Positions 1-9,950 of a stretch of DNA of 64,000 bases are shown here, piece by piece (position 1 is the stretch's first letter; the number at the start of each line of letters is the position of its first letter). Below the pieces are notes generated by a model. It searched no databases. It was not told the origin of the DNA and worked only from the letters and a program-made list of their open reading frames with translations. The position numbers and the translations under genes were made by a program. This stretch comes from an uncultured bacterium (GTDB lineage: Bacteria > Chloroflexota > UBA5177 > JANWHV01): NCBI GenBank assembly GCA_963729625.1, contig CAVSOU010000011.1, forward strand, positions 512,001 through 576,000. Direction: 5' to 3'.

Positions 1-235
1 AATCCTGGCAGATTCATCGAAAGACTGCTAATCGCGACCAGCCATGCTGCCCCGCGGTGGCCGGCGACTGGACAGCTCGAATGGGAGCGAGGCGTCGCGA
101 AAAGTGCGATACTGAGTCGCGAGGTACGCAGTGGCTCTCAACTGAAAACCCTGCGACCTGGACAAGCACTTCGAGGCGGTAGTAGAGTGACGATGGTCAC
201 AGTGCAGCGACGTCTGAGTGAAAGGACTTCGAGTG

Positions 236-640
236 ATGGTAACCATTCCCTCGCAGATTCAGGCATTCCTCACGGGGAAGATGGCCTGGGTAGCCACCGC
301 GGCCGGCGACGGCACTCCCAACACGACACCGAAGGGCTCTCTTCGGCTGTTGGACGACCAGCATTTGCTGTTCGCCGACCTGTTTTCATGCAAGACCCGG
401 CAGAATCTCGAGCAGAATCCCAAAGTGGCCGTCACGGTAATTGACGCAGCGACGAACGCAGGCTACCAGTTCAAGGGAACAGCCGAGCTCATTGCATCTG
501 GCCCGCTCTACGAGCAGGTCGCTCTAGAGCTGAAGCAGCGAGCCGCAACGTTGCCGGCTCCGGCATACGTCGTGAAGATCGCCGTCGACGCCATCTACGA
601 TCAGTCGGCAGGACCGAATGCGGGACAGCAGATTGCCTGA
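236..640 (+). CDS. pyridoxamine 5'-phosphate oxidase-like (FMN-binding split barrel) protein
   Basis: WVATAAGDGTPNTTPKGS...KTRQNLEQNPKVAV...GYQFKG pattern typical of the PNPOx-like family; ATG at 236 chosen over GTG at 218. Confidence 0.85.
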   Translation: MVTIPSQIQAFLTGKMAWVATAAGDGTPNTTPKGSLRLLDDQHLLFADLFSCKTRQNLEQNPKVAVTVIDAATNAGYQFKGTAELIASGPLYEQVALELKQRAATLPAPAYVVKIAVDAIYDQSAGPNAGQQIA

Positions 641-719
641 CGCGTGCTCCCTGCCTCTCCGAGGGTGTTCCGCCGAGCGCACGTCCCTGCGGTCCAGCTG
701 GGCCGCCGCTGCAAGGTTG

Positions 720-1100
720 CCCCGGTGATGGCGCAAATAACGTCACGCCTGCCGCTTGGGCGGCGGCGATAAGCCGTGTGTCGAGGGTGGCAAGCGGCAG
801 CTCCAGCCGCAGGGCAAGATCTGGGTAGGCCGCGTCGTAGGCTGAAAGCGCGTGCAGTCGGGCCACTTGAAGCGCGGTGAGCAGGAGATCCGCGAATGGG
901 CGTGGCTCGACGTCGATAGGCAGCGTCGCAAGGAGCTGTACGAATTGGTCGCACTGCGCCTTCGCCTCGTGCGATTGGAAAGGACAACCATGGCTACGCT
1001 CGTGTGCAGGGCCAGAAGCCCGAGTCGACGACCGCATGGGGCACCGGCAGACGGTGAAGCGAGGCCCTGGGGCGGTCTGTAAGCAGCGGCCGAGACGCTC
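720..1100 (-). pseudogene. vapC: 3' part of a VapC/PIN toxin gene, degenerate
   Basis: QFVQLLATLPIDVE...ALQVARLHALSAYDAAYPDLALRLELPLATLDTRLIAAAQAAGV is a PIN C-terminal half; the upstream part (SLHRLPVPHAVVDSGFWP) is frameshifted; no N-terminus here; boundaries approximate. Confidence 0.75.
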
Positions 1101-1103
1101 TGT

Positions 1104-1778
1104 TCAGCGAATCGTCAGGTGGTACGTGCCATGATAGGCACCCCAGGTGCCCCGGGCTCGCATTTCGATCGTATGCTGGCCCGGCGGCAGCGGAGCCAGC
1201 ATGACGTAGACGCCGATGCTCACCCCAAAGTCGGTTCCAGGCCCTCCAGGGATGCCGGCGATGTTCCCGGACGGATACGCAAAGGTGAAGCGGGGAGTCG
1301 TGAGCTGGTAGCGGGTAAACACGTTCGGAATTTGAATCCCATCCACCGCGAGCTCAGCCTCTTTGAAGCCGCGCCAGATGCCTTGGGCGTCGCTGCGCAA
1401 CTTCTCGAGGGTGTTGAAGGGGGCAGGGTGCGACACTTCGACGTTGGCCGGCGTGACGAGCACGGCCTTGCCGGCGGGCACCGTGCAGACCAAGGTGCCG
1501 GCGAAGGCCTGGACGAGGTACCAGACCGGGCCGGACTGGCCCTGGGCGCAGATAGCGGGGGTGACCTTGTTGGTCATGGGGCTCGTCGCCTTGGGTATGG
1601 CGTTCAACCACTGCTGCCACTGGACCGCCCATTCGACGTACGTGTGCCCGTAGGGACGCGCCTGGGGCGGGAAGATGTGAAGCGGTGCGCCTGCCGCGCG
1701 GGTGGTAGGCGCGGGTCCCAGGGCGAGGACTGCGAGCATGACGGCCGGCAATGCAACCAGCTTGCCGGTGATCTTCAT
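1104..1778 (-). CDS. secreted hypothetical protein (paralog A)
   Basis: RBS AAGGAG; signal peptide MKITGKLVALPAVMLAVLALGPAPTTRA; motifs PYG.TY.EW..QWQQW, C..GQSGPVWYL, CTVPAGKA, VMLAPLPPGQHTI. Confidence 0.85.
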   Translation of the reverse strand: MKITGKLVALPAVMLAVLALGPAPTTRAAGAPLHIFPPQARPYGHTYVEWAVQWQQWLNAIPKATSPMTNKVTPAICAQGQSGPVWYLVQAFAGTLVCTVPAGKAVLVTPANVEVSHPAPFNTLEKLRSDAQGIWRGFKEAELAVDGIQIPNVFTRYQLTTPRFTFAYPSGNIAGIPGGPGTDFGVSIGVYVMLAPLPPGQHTIEMRARGTWGAYHGTYHLTIR

Positions 1779-2039
1779 TGCCTTCTCCTTTTCCTTCCTG
1801 CGCCGTGTACAAGGTACCCGGCACTCGAGCATGCCGTCGTGGCCGGGTGCACCAGTTGCTCGATGCAGTCCAACGGTGGCCAGGCGTCAGCGGGAAGGAG
1901 CGGCAGTGCCGCGCGCGGAGCGTAGCGGCGTCGAACCCTTTCCAGGACGGCAGGTCAGCGCATCCACTCCGGTTCAATTCTATACCTCACGTCAAGGAAC
2001 GGCCGAACGTGACGTTTTCGGCCATCGGCGCTTGAGGGC

Positions 2040-2330
2040 CGAACCGCACCCGCCTCAGCACCGTGTGCTGTCCTGCTGCCAGCGGAGCCGGCATCACGAC
2101 TATACCGTCACCGACCGACTGGTGGTCCCAGGCCCAAACACGTTGAGGATGGCCTGGCGCCGTTATCCTGGTACGTGCGTGGAGTGCCCCGCCACCCAGA
2201 TCGTGATCGACTCGACGGCGCGAAAGCGGAGACGCTCGCAGACGGGTGGAGCGCCTCGGTGGCACCGAAGTAGAAGAGGCGCGCTCCAGACGCGGGGTGC
2301 TGGGCCACCACCCGACGCAGCAGCGCGCCG
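2040..2330 (-). pseudogene. decayed third paralog of the secreted protein family
   Basis: residual VGDGIVVMPAPLAAGQHTV matches AEGLFVMLAPLPAGQHTI of paralog B; upstream sequence heavily frameshifted or deleted; boundaries approximate. Confidence 0.6.
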
Positions 2331-2583
2331 CCAGCCCCGCGCCGTTGGGGGGGCGGCGGCCATACACCAGATCCCCACAGTGGTGCCACGCTGAGACGTG
2401 GCGATAGCACCGACCAACGTCTCCACGCGGTGAGCCAGGAAGATCGCGAGACCGAGGGCGTCGAGCACGGCCGGGCTCCACGCGCGCTGGGCGCATCCAC
2501 GGGAACGACTCGCCCCAGGGCCTCGCACCGGCAGGCGATGTTGCGAGGCCCTGAGGCGGTCGGCTGTGCCTGGGACGCTCTCC

Positions 2584-3312
2584 TCAGTTGCGAATCGTCA
2601 GAACGTACGTGGCACTCCACCAAGCACCCCCGGTCCTCGAGCCTTGCAGCTCGATGGTGTGCTGCCCCGCCGGCAACGGCGCCAGCATGACGAACAAGCC
2701 TTCAGCCATCGCCTTGGTAATCCCGGGTCCAGGCCCGTCAACGATATTGTCCGCAGGATACCTAACAATGAAGACAGGGGTCGTGAACCGGTAGCGGGTC
2801 AACACGTTCGCGACGTGAACCCCATCCACGGTAACGTCAGCTCCTGTCATCGTACTCATAGCCCCGTCGACGGCACTGCGCAATGCCTCGGGGGTGTCGC
2901 CGCACTGCGGTACCACGGCTGGGCAGAAGAAAGCCACCACCGAGAGGAGCAGCGCCTCGCCGGCCGGCACCGTGCAGGTCCGGACTACGGTGGGAGTCTG
3001 CCTGTCCCAGGCGATGAGGTACCAGACGGGGCCGGACTGGCGCTCGGTGCAGCGCGCCCCGGTGATGTCGTCCATGGGCGTCTTCGGCGCGGGTATCCCG
3101 TTGAACCATTGCTGGAACCGGACTTCCCATTCGGTGTACGAGAGGCCATATGGATGGGCCCAGGGCGGATACACGTAAGGCTGCGCGCTCCACGCCGGGG
3201 GTGGGTTGACACCGGGGTTGTCGTTCCCCGCCTGGACGACCCGCGCGGGTCCCAGGGCGAGGACGGTAAGTGTGACCATCAGCAACGCGAGCAGCTTCCT
3301 CATGTGTTTCAT
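2584..3312 (-). CDS. secreted hypothetical protein (paralog B)
   Basis: RBS AAGGAG; signal peptide MKHMRKLLALLMVTLTVLALGPARVVQA; same conserved motifs as 1104..1778. Confidence 0.85.
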   Translation of the reverse strand: MKHMRKLLALLMVTLTVLALGPARVVQAGNDNPGVNPPPAWSAQPYVYPPWAHPYGLSYTEWEVRFQQWFNGIPAPKTPMDDITGARCTERQSGPVWYLIAWDRQTPTVVRTCTVPAGEALLLSVVAFFCPAVVPQCGDTPEALRSAVDGAMSTMTGADVTVDGVHVANVLTRYRFTTPVFIVRYPADNIVDGPGPGITKAMAEGLFVMLAPLPAGQHTIELQGSRTGGAWWSATYVLTIRN

Positions 3313-3934
3313 GTCTCTCTCCTTGTGGCTCAACCCGAATGCGGACCGGCCCGGCCGGTTACTGCTTGGCTTGCCAGGGCATGTCGTAACTCATTCCCTC
3401 CTTTGCTACCCACCACGAGGTGCTCCAGTGCCGGGGGCGAGAAGTGCCGGTTTCAATGGCAGCCGCCGGCCGGTTCCATCTTCACTCTGCGCCTCACACG
3501 ACCCTGCCCGCCACACAGGCCGGCACATGAGAGTGCATCTGGACTCACATGATCCTGTGGGCATCCGGGCGCCCGGGCGCCGGCGCGTTGGACATACCAG
3601 AAGCGTGATCCGGTTCGGGGCTGGCGTGCCCTGGACCGCGGGCATCGTGCACGCCCCTGTCCGTCATGCCGACGAGACGGCCGCGGTCCTGCTCGGCCTG
3701 CGATCACATAATCCGGCTATGCCCCGCCGCAAAGGGCACGTCACGGCCATAGGCCCCGAAGAACTACAATGGGCGATCGCCTCTTGCGCCGGCTTGCCCG
3801 GAACGGTATGCTCGGAGCGGACGCGGATCCGGTGTAGCTCCTGCCCAGTTGGCGACGAGCGTCTGGCCCACAAGGTGTGAAGCGACAGGGACCGCCGCCG
3901 CCGGGCAGGCCAGGCACAGCCGCGTGGAGGTGCT

Positions 3935-5539
3935 ATGCAGCGCGGGGATCCTGGTCCCCCCTTCGCGGTGCTGCTGCGACGCTACCGGGAGGCTGCCGGC
4001 CTGACCCAGGAGGCACTGGCCGAGCGGGCAGGGGTGAGCGCGCGTGCCGTCAGCGACCTGGAGCGCGGGATCAATCGCGCGCCCCGCGTGGATACGCTCG
4101 GACTGCTGGCGAGGGCTCTCCAGCTCACGCCGGAGGACCGCGCCCGGTTGGAGGCGGCTGCCAGCGGGGTGGACGAATACGGCGTCGCCCTCACGGGCGC
4201 CGAAGGGCCAGGCACACCCACCACGTCCGATCAGGGGCGAGCGACGCGCACAGCGCGCACCCCGGTTGCCTTCCTCTCGTACGCGGCGGAGGACGGTGCG
4301 TTCGCGACACGGCTGCGGAGCGATCTGGCCACGCACGGTGTCACCGCCTGGGCCGACCGCGCCGAAGCGCGGACCGGATCCGGGCAGCCGGAGGCACTGC
4401 AGGCGGCCATACGCGCCTGCCCGGCGGTGCTGCTGGTGGTCTCTCCTGCTGCCCGCTCCTCGCACTGGGTCGGCAGGGAGCTGGGCCTGGCCGAGATGTA
4501 CGGCCGCCCGATCGTGCCCGTCTGGTCGGCCGGGGAGCAGTGGCTCGATTGCGCGCCGGCGGCGCTGGCCGGCGTGCCCTACGTGGACGCCCGTGGGTCC
4601 CGCTACTCCGAGGCGACCGTCGCGCTCGTGGCGGTGCTGGGCACGGTAGGCGCCGGCTCTGGCCGGGAGGACACGCCAAGCGCGACGCCGACACTGTTTG
4701 TGCCGCGCAACCCGTACAAAGGCCTGCGCGCGTTTGGTGAGGAGGACTCGGGCGACTTCTTCGGGCGGACCGCTTTCGTGCAAACGCTGGTGGAGGCGGC
4801 GGCGGCCACCCTCGCCCCGACACAAGCGGCGGCGCCCCGCCTGCTGGCCGTGGTGGGACCCAGCGGCTCGGGCAAGTCCAGCCTGGTGCGCGCCGGGCTC
4901 ATCCCGCGCCTCAAGGCGGGCGCTCTGCCTGGCAGCGACGGCTGGGTCTACCTCGATCCGGTCCTCCCCGGCGCCCGGCCCCTGGAGGCCCTGGCCGTGG
5001 CCCTGGCAGGCAAGCTCGACCGCAGCATCCATACTCTGTGCGAGGACCTCGGCGACGACGTCGCCCGTGGCCTGCACCTCTGGGCGCGGCAACTGGCGCC
5101 TCATCCCGACCAGCATGTGGTGCTGGTGATCGACCAGCTCGAGGAGCTGTTCACGCTCACCACGGATGAGGAGGAACGCCGGCAGTTCATCGACCTCCTG
5201 CTCACCGCGTTCGGTGAGCCGCGCGGCCCTCTGCTGGCCATCCTCACCCTGCGTGCCGACTTCTACGACCGGCCGATGGCCTATCCCGCGCTGGGCGCGG
5301 CGTTGGAGGCACGGAGCAGGTCGGTGCTGCCGCTGAGCGTGGCCGAGCTGCGGGAGGCCGTCGAGCGGCCCGCTGCCCTGCCCGACGTGCGGCTCGACTT
5401 CGAGCCCGACCTGGTGGGCGACCTGCTCTTTGAAGTGGCAGGGCAGGCGGGGGCGCTGCCGCTGCTGGAGTTCACCCTCGAGCAGCTCGCTGACCGCCGG
5501 CAGGGATTCGGAGTTGATCCGGTTCGGTGGAGGGATTGA
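3935..5539 (+). pseudogene. N-terminal part of an XRE-HTH/TIR/STAND NTPase protein, truncated by IS3 at about 5508
   Basis: LLRRYREAAGLTQEALAERAGVS (XRE HTH); AFLSYA...SHWVGRE (TIR_2); NPYKGLRAF...FFGR, Walker A GPSGSGKSS, Walker B VLVIDQLEE, TLRADF, GALPLLEF; RBS GGAGG. Confidence 0.9.
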
Positions 5540-5843
5540 GACTAGGTGGTTAGTCGCAAGGTACCTCCTTTCGTCGCGCGGAGAAAAGGCCGTGCTGGCA
5601 CGTCCGCGCTGCCTGTTTCGGTCGGAGGTGTGACCCTTCCGGCACCCCCTGCTGCGTCGTCGGTGCGGCGCGGGGGACGGTGATGGACGATCTGAACGCT
5701 GGCGCCCCGCGCCGCCCTCCAGCCTAGCAGGGGGGCCCGCCGGCGGGTCAACCCCGCTCCCTGCACGACGGCGCCGCTTTTGCCGGGCACGGGGAGGAGA
5801 CGGCGGCCGGTGGGTGCCGATGATGGGACGAGCAGGCAATGGT

Positions 5844-6713
5844 TCAGGCTGCGCATGCTGCCGCCTCTCGTTCGTAGGCTGCCGGACTCTGGTAGCCCAG
5901 GGCGGAATGCCGGCGATGGGTGTTGTAGAAGCCCTCGATAAAGTCAAAGACCGCCAGACGGGCGGCGGCCAGGCTGGGGAAGGTGTGGCGAGCCAGCAGC
6001 TCGGTTTCCAGGGTGGCGAAAAAGCTCTCGGTGATCGCGTTATCGTAACAATCCCCCACCGAACCCAAGGACGGCAGGACGCCGGCCAGTTGACAGCGCT
6101 CGCCGAAGGCCACGGACGTGTACTGGCAGCCGTGGTCGGAGTGATGGATGACCCCAGCGGCAGGGCGGCGGGTGGCGATGGCCATGTCCACGGCGTCCAG
6201 GACCAGCTCGGTGCGCAGATGATCGGCCATGGCCCAGCCAACAATCTTCCGGCTGAAGACATCGAGCACGACTGCCAGGTAGAGGAAGCCGTCCCAGGTC
6301 GGGATGGCGGTGATGTCGGCCGTCCAGAGGCGATTGGGTGCCCTGGCCACGAACTGCCGTTGCACCCGGTCGGGCACGGCTGTGGCCGTCGCCGCGCGCT
6401 CGGTGGTGACGACGAACCGTCGACGATGGCAGCCCACCAGTCCGGCACCCCGCAGCAACCGCGCCACGCGCCGGCGGCCGCAGTGTACCCCGGCCGCACG
6501 CAGCTCGGCATGGATGCGTGGTGCCCCATAGGTCCGCCGGCTCGCCTCGTGCGCCGTGCGGATGCGGACCAGCAGTGCTGCGTCCGCTTGCGCCCGGGCC
6601 GACGGTCCGCGCGTGCGCCATGCATAGTAGCCGCTAGGGGAGACACCCAGCACCCGGCAGAGCATGGCCACGGCATGAAAGGCCTTCTCGCACGCGATGA
6701 ACGCGAAGATCAT
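5844..6713 (-). CDS. IS3-family transposase OrfB (DDE/rve integrase core)
   Basis: LCRVLGVSPSGYY, TYGAPRI, W.ADIT, LDVFSRKIVGW, HHSDHGCQY, DNAITESFF..LETE. Confidence 0.95.
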   Translation of the reverse strand: MIFAFIACEKAFHAVAMLCRVLGVSPSGYYAWRTRGPSARAQADAALLVRIRTAHEASRRTYGAPRIHAELRAAGVHCGRRRVARLLRGAGLVGCHRRRFVVTTERAATATAVPDRVQRQFVARAPNRLWTADITAIPTWDGFLYLAVVLDVFSRKIVGWAMADHLRTELVLDAVDMAIATRRPAAGVIHHSDHGCQYTSVAFGERCQLAGVLPSLGSVGDCYDNAITESFFATLETELLARHTFPSLAAARLAVFDFIEGFYNTHRRHSALGYQSPAAYEREAAACAA

Positions 6714-7012
6714 CGCCGGGGTAGCCCCGTCTCCTGGGCGAAGAAGGCCGCGGCTTTTAGCAAGATTTCCCGCTCTTCCCGCAGGATGCGATTCTCCCGT
6801 CGCAGCTGGCGCATCTCCTCCGTCTCTTGCGTGGTCAGGCCGTCGGCACGACGGCCTTCATCAACATCGGCTTGCCGCACCCACAGACGCAGTGTCTCGG
6901 TTGAAACCTCCAGGCGGCGGGCGATCTCTGCCGCCGGCCTCCCGCTGCTCCGCACCAGCCGGATCGCCTCAGCGCGGAACTCGCGTGGATAGGGGGCATG
7001 ACTCTTTGGCAT
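6710..7012 (-). CDS. IS3-family transposase OrfA (HTH_Tnp_1)
   Basis: YPREFRAEAIRLV...EIARRLEVSTETLRLWV...LRRENRILREEREILLKAAAFFA; ATGA overlap with orfB; RBS AGGAGG. Confidence 0.95.
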   Translation of the reverse strand: MPKSHAPYPREFRAEAIRLVRSSGRPAAEIARRLEVSTETLRLWVRQADVDEGRRADGLTTQETEEMRQLRRENRILREEREILLKAAAFFAQETGLPRR

Positions 7013-7078
7013 GATGGAACCTCCTCTTCTTGTTCAGTACCAAGCGTTGAGGTCTCCACCAAGTCGGATCAGGTCCAA

Positions 7079-9907
7079 TCGACCCTGACCCAAGCCGCCT
7101 ACAGGGAGCTGGGCGGGGTCAGCGGCGCGCTGAGCCGGCAGGCCGAGGCGACCTACACCGCTCTTCCCACCGACGAGCATCGACGGCTGGCCCGCGCCCT
7201 CTTCCTGCGCCTGATCGACCCGGGCGCCACCGAGCAGGACACCACCCGCCGCCGGGCGGCAATGAGCGAATTGGCCCTGCCCGAGGAGCACGAGACCACC
7301 TTGATGCGTGAGGTCGCCGACGCCTTCGTGGCGGCGCGAATGCTGACGGCGAGCGAGCAGGGCGGCACCAGCCGGCTGGAGGTCAGCCACGAGGCACTCA
7401 TCCGCGAGTGGGCGCGCCTGGCTGGCTGGCTGCGCGAGGCGCGCGAGGACGTGCGCCTGCAGCAGAGCGTCAGCGCGGACGCAGCGACCTGGGCAGCGCG
7501 GGGCCGGCCGGCGGACCATTTGTACCGCGGCAGTGCGCTGGCCGAGGCACAGGGTTGGGCGGCGCGGAACACGCCGAGCGCCGAGGAGCAGGCCTTCATG
7601 GAAGCGGCGGCAAGAGAGGAGCGGGAGCAGGCGGCGGCGGAGCGGGAGCGGCAGGCGCGCGGGCTGGCCCTGGCACGCGTGGCAGCCACCCGGCTGCGCC
7701 TGCTGGCTGGCGTGCTGGCCCTCTTCCTGGCAGTCGCCGCGGGCCTGGGCGTGGTCGCTCGCAACAACGCCTCGGTGGCCTCGGATGAACGGGCACGTGC
7801 GGTGGCCGCCCGCGATGCGGCGGTCGCCGAGCTGGCGCGCGAGCTGGGTCTGCGGGCCGGCACGCTCCTGGACAGCGACCTGCGGGTCGCGTTGCTGCTG
7901 AGCGCGGAAGCCGATCGGCTGAGCAGCTCGGCGGAGACCCATGCCGACCTTATCCGCGCCATCGACTACCGTCCCCGGCTTCTGTCGTTTCTCACCGCGC
8001 AGGCTGGCCCCGTGCGGAGCGTCGCCTTCAGCCCAGGAGGAGCGATCCTGGCGGCAGGGAGCGACGACGGCACGATACGGCTGTGGGACGCGCGCAGCCG
8101 GCAGCCCCTCGGTCCGCCGCTCGCCGGCCATACCGAGTCGGTGAGCAGCCTAGCCTTCAGCCCGGATGGCACGGAGCTTGCCTCGGCGAGCAACGACGGC
8201 ACGGTGCGGCTGTGGGAGGTGGCCCGCCAAAGGCCCCTCGCGCCACCGCTGGCGACAGAGGGAGGCCCCGCGACCAGCGTGGCCTTCAGCCCCAATGGCA
8301 AGATCCTTGCCGCCGGCGACAGTGCCGGCTCGATCCGGCTCTGGGACGTCGCGGGCCGCCAGGCGCTCGCTCCCCTCCCGCAAGGGGGGCTCTGGTACGT
8401 GTATCACGTAGCCTTCAGCCCGGACGGCAGGATCCTGGCCGCCTGCGGCGAAGGCGGCACCATCGCGCTCTGGGACGTGGCGCGCCATATGCTCCTCCCG
8501 CCCTTGCGCGGCGGGCCCAGCTTCCTGGCGCAGAGCCTGGCCTTCAGCCCCGACGGCCGCACGCTGGCCGCCGGCAGCGAGACAGGCGCGATCCTGCGAT
8601 GGGATATGGCGAGCCGGCGGTTCTCCGGCCGGGTGCTCGCCGCGGGCTCCGGTCCGGTGTACGACATAGCCTTCAATCCCAATGGCACGGTGCTTGCCGC
8701 CGGCGGCCAGGACGGCATCATCCGGCTGTGGGACGCGGCGACCTGGCAACCACTCGATGCGTCCCTCACCGGCCATGCGGGTCCGGTGGACGGCCTCGCC
8801 TTCAGCCCCGACGGCCGGACGCTCGTGTCCGCCGGCGACGACGGCACGCTGCGCCTCTGGGACGCCACGGGCGCAGGCGTGCCCGGCCGGGTGCTGGCCG
8901 GCCACAGCGGTCAGGCCAATAGCCTGGCCTTCAGCCCGGACGGCACGACCCTGGCCTTGGGCAGCGCCGACGCGACCATCCGCCTGTGGAGCGTATCCAG
9001 CGGCCAGGCGCTCGGTCCACCGCTCGCCGGGCACGCCGGTGCCGTACTGAGCGTGGCCTTCGGTCTGGACGGCAAGAGCCTAGCCTCCACCAGCGCTGGT
9101 CCCGCCACCGGCAGCGCCACGTTCCGCCTGTGGAGCGTGCGGACCGGCCGGCCGCTCGGCCCGGCCCTCGCCGTGCGGGGTGCCGGCAGCGCCGCGTACA
9201 GTCCCGACGGCTCGGTCCTGGCTACGGGCAGCGCCGACGGCACGGTGCGGCTGTGGGATGTGGCGCGCCGCCGGCCCCTCGGCCCGGCGCTCTCCGGGCA
9301 TGGCGGCCGGGTGAATAGCTTGGCCTTCAGTCCCGACGGCCACACGCTGGCCTCCGGCGGCGCGGACGGGACCATTCGCCTGTGGCACGTGGCAACCCGG
9401 CAAGCGCTCGGTCCACCGCTCACGGGGTGCACCGGCCCGGTGTTGGACGTGGCGTTCAGCCCGGATGGCCGGATCCTGGCCTCGGGCAGCGCCGACTGCA
9501 CGATCCGGCTGTGGAATGTGCAGAGCCGGCTGCCGATCGGCCCGCCCCTCGGCCACGCCACCAGCCCGGTGTACAGCGTGGCCTTCAGTCCCGACGGCCA
9601 GTCCTTGGCCTCCGGCAACTCCGACGGCACGATCCAGCTGTGGGACGTGGCGAGCGGGCAGGCGCTTGGTCCGGCCCTCGCCGGGCATGGAGACAGAATC
9701 ATGAGCCTTGCCTTCAGTCCCGACGGCCGGCTGCTGGCCTCGGGCACTGCCGGGGTGTTCGGCGCGCCCCTCCGGCTGTGGTCCATCGGACCGCTGTCGC
9801 TGGCACAGCGTGCCTGTGCGATCGCCAATCGCAACCTGACCGCTCAGGAATGGAAGCAGTACCTCGGCGACCTGCCTTACCAGAGGACTTGCCCCAGCGT
9901 GCATTGA
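7079..9907 (+). pseudogene. C-terminal part of the STAND protein: helical region, TM segment and 14 WD40 repeats
   Basis: resumes STLTQAAYRELGGVSGAL...HEALIREW; hydrophobic LLAGVLALFLAVAAGLGVVA; 14 repeats of the AFSPDG..LA.GS.DGT.RLW type; C-terminal ACAIANRNLTAQEWKQY. Confidence 0.9.
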
Positions 9908-9950
9908 AGCACCACTGTGACATAACCCCGCCCGTGTCTAGCACGAGCAT
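9906..9950 (-). pseudogene. vapC: 5' fragment of a VapC/PIN toxin gene
   Basis: MLVLDTGGVMSQWCF resembles the PIN N-terminus (hhhDxSxxxxWCF); ATG overlaps the antitoxin stop (TGATG); similarity ends at the stop codon of the STAND gene. Confidence 0.65.

Larger units (their letters stand above)
5509..7077 (-). mobile_element. IS3-family insertion sequence (about 1.57 kb)
   Basis: imperfect terminal inverted repeats CGGAGTTGATCCGGTTCGGTGGAG and (reverse complement of the right end) TGGACCTGATCCGACTTGGTGGAG; orfA/orfB; flanks ATT/ATC resemble an imperfect 3-bp target duplication. Confidence 0.92.

Noticed and set aside
1-190. possible PIN-toxin C-terminal relic (ERLLIATS...DKHF in different frames)
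   Set aside because: motifs too short, split across frames and truncated by the window edge
3606-3618. TGATCCGGTTCGG, identical to part of the IS3 terminal repeat
   Set aside because: isolated 13-mer with no partner end or transposase remnant; may be chance
3764-6676. 970-aa minus-strand ORF
   Set aside because: shadow frame of the STAND gene and IS orfB in high-GC DNA; crosses the IS boundary and has no motifs
6998-7078. ATG at 6998 as the true start of the WD40 ORF
   Set aside because: lies inside the IS, antisense to orfA; host-like sequence resumes only at 7079
8000-9790. regularly spaced DNA repeats (GCCTTCAGCCC...) as a CRISPR or DGR-like array
   Set aside because: they are degenerate codons of WD40 repeats within an open frame
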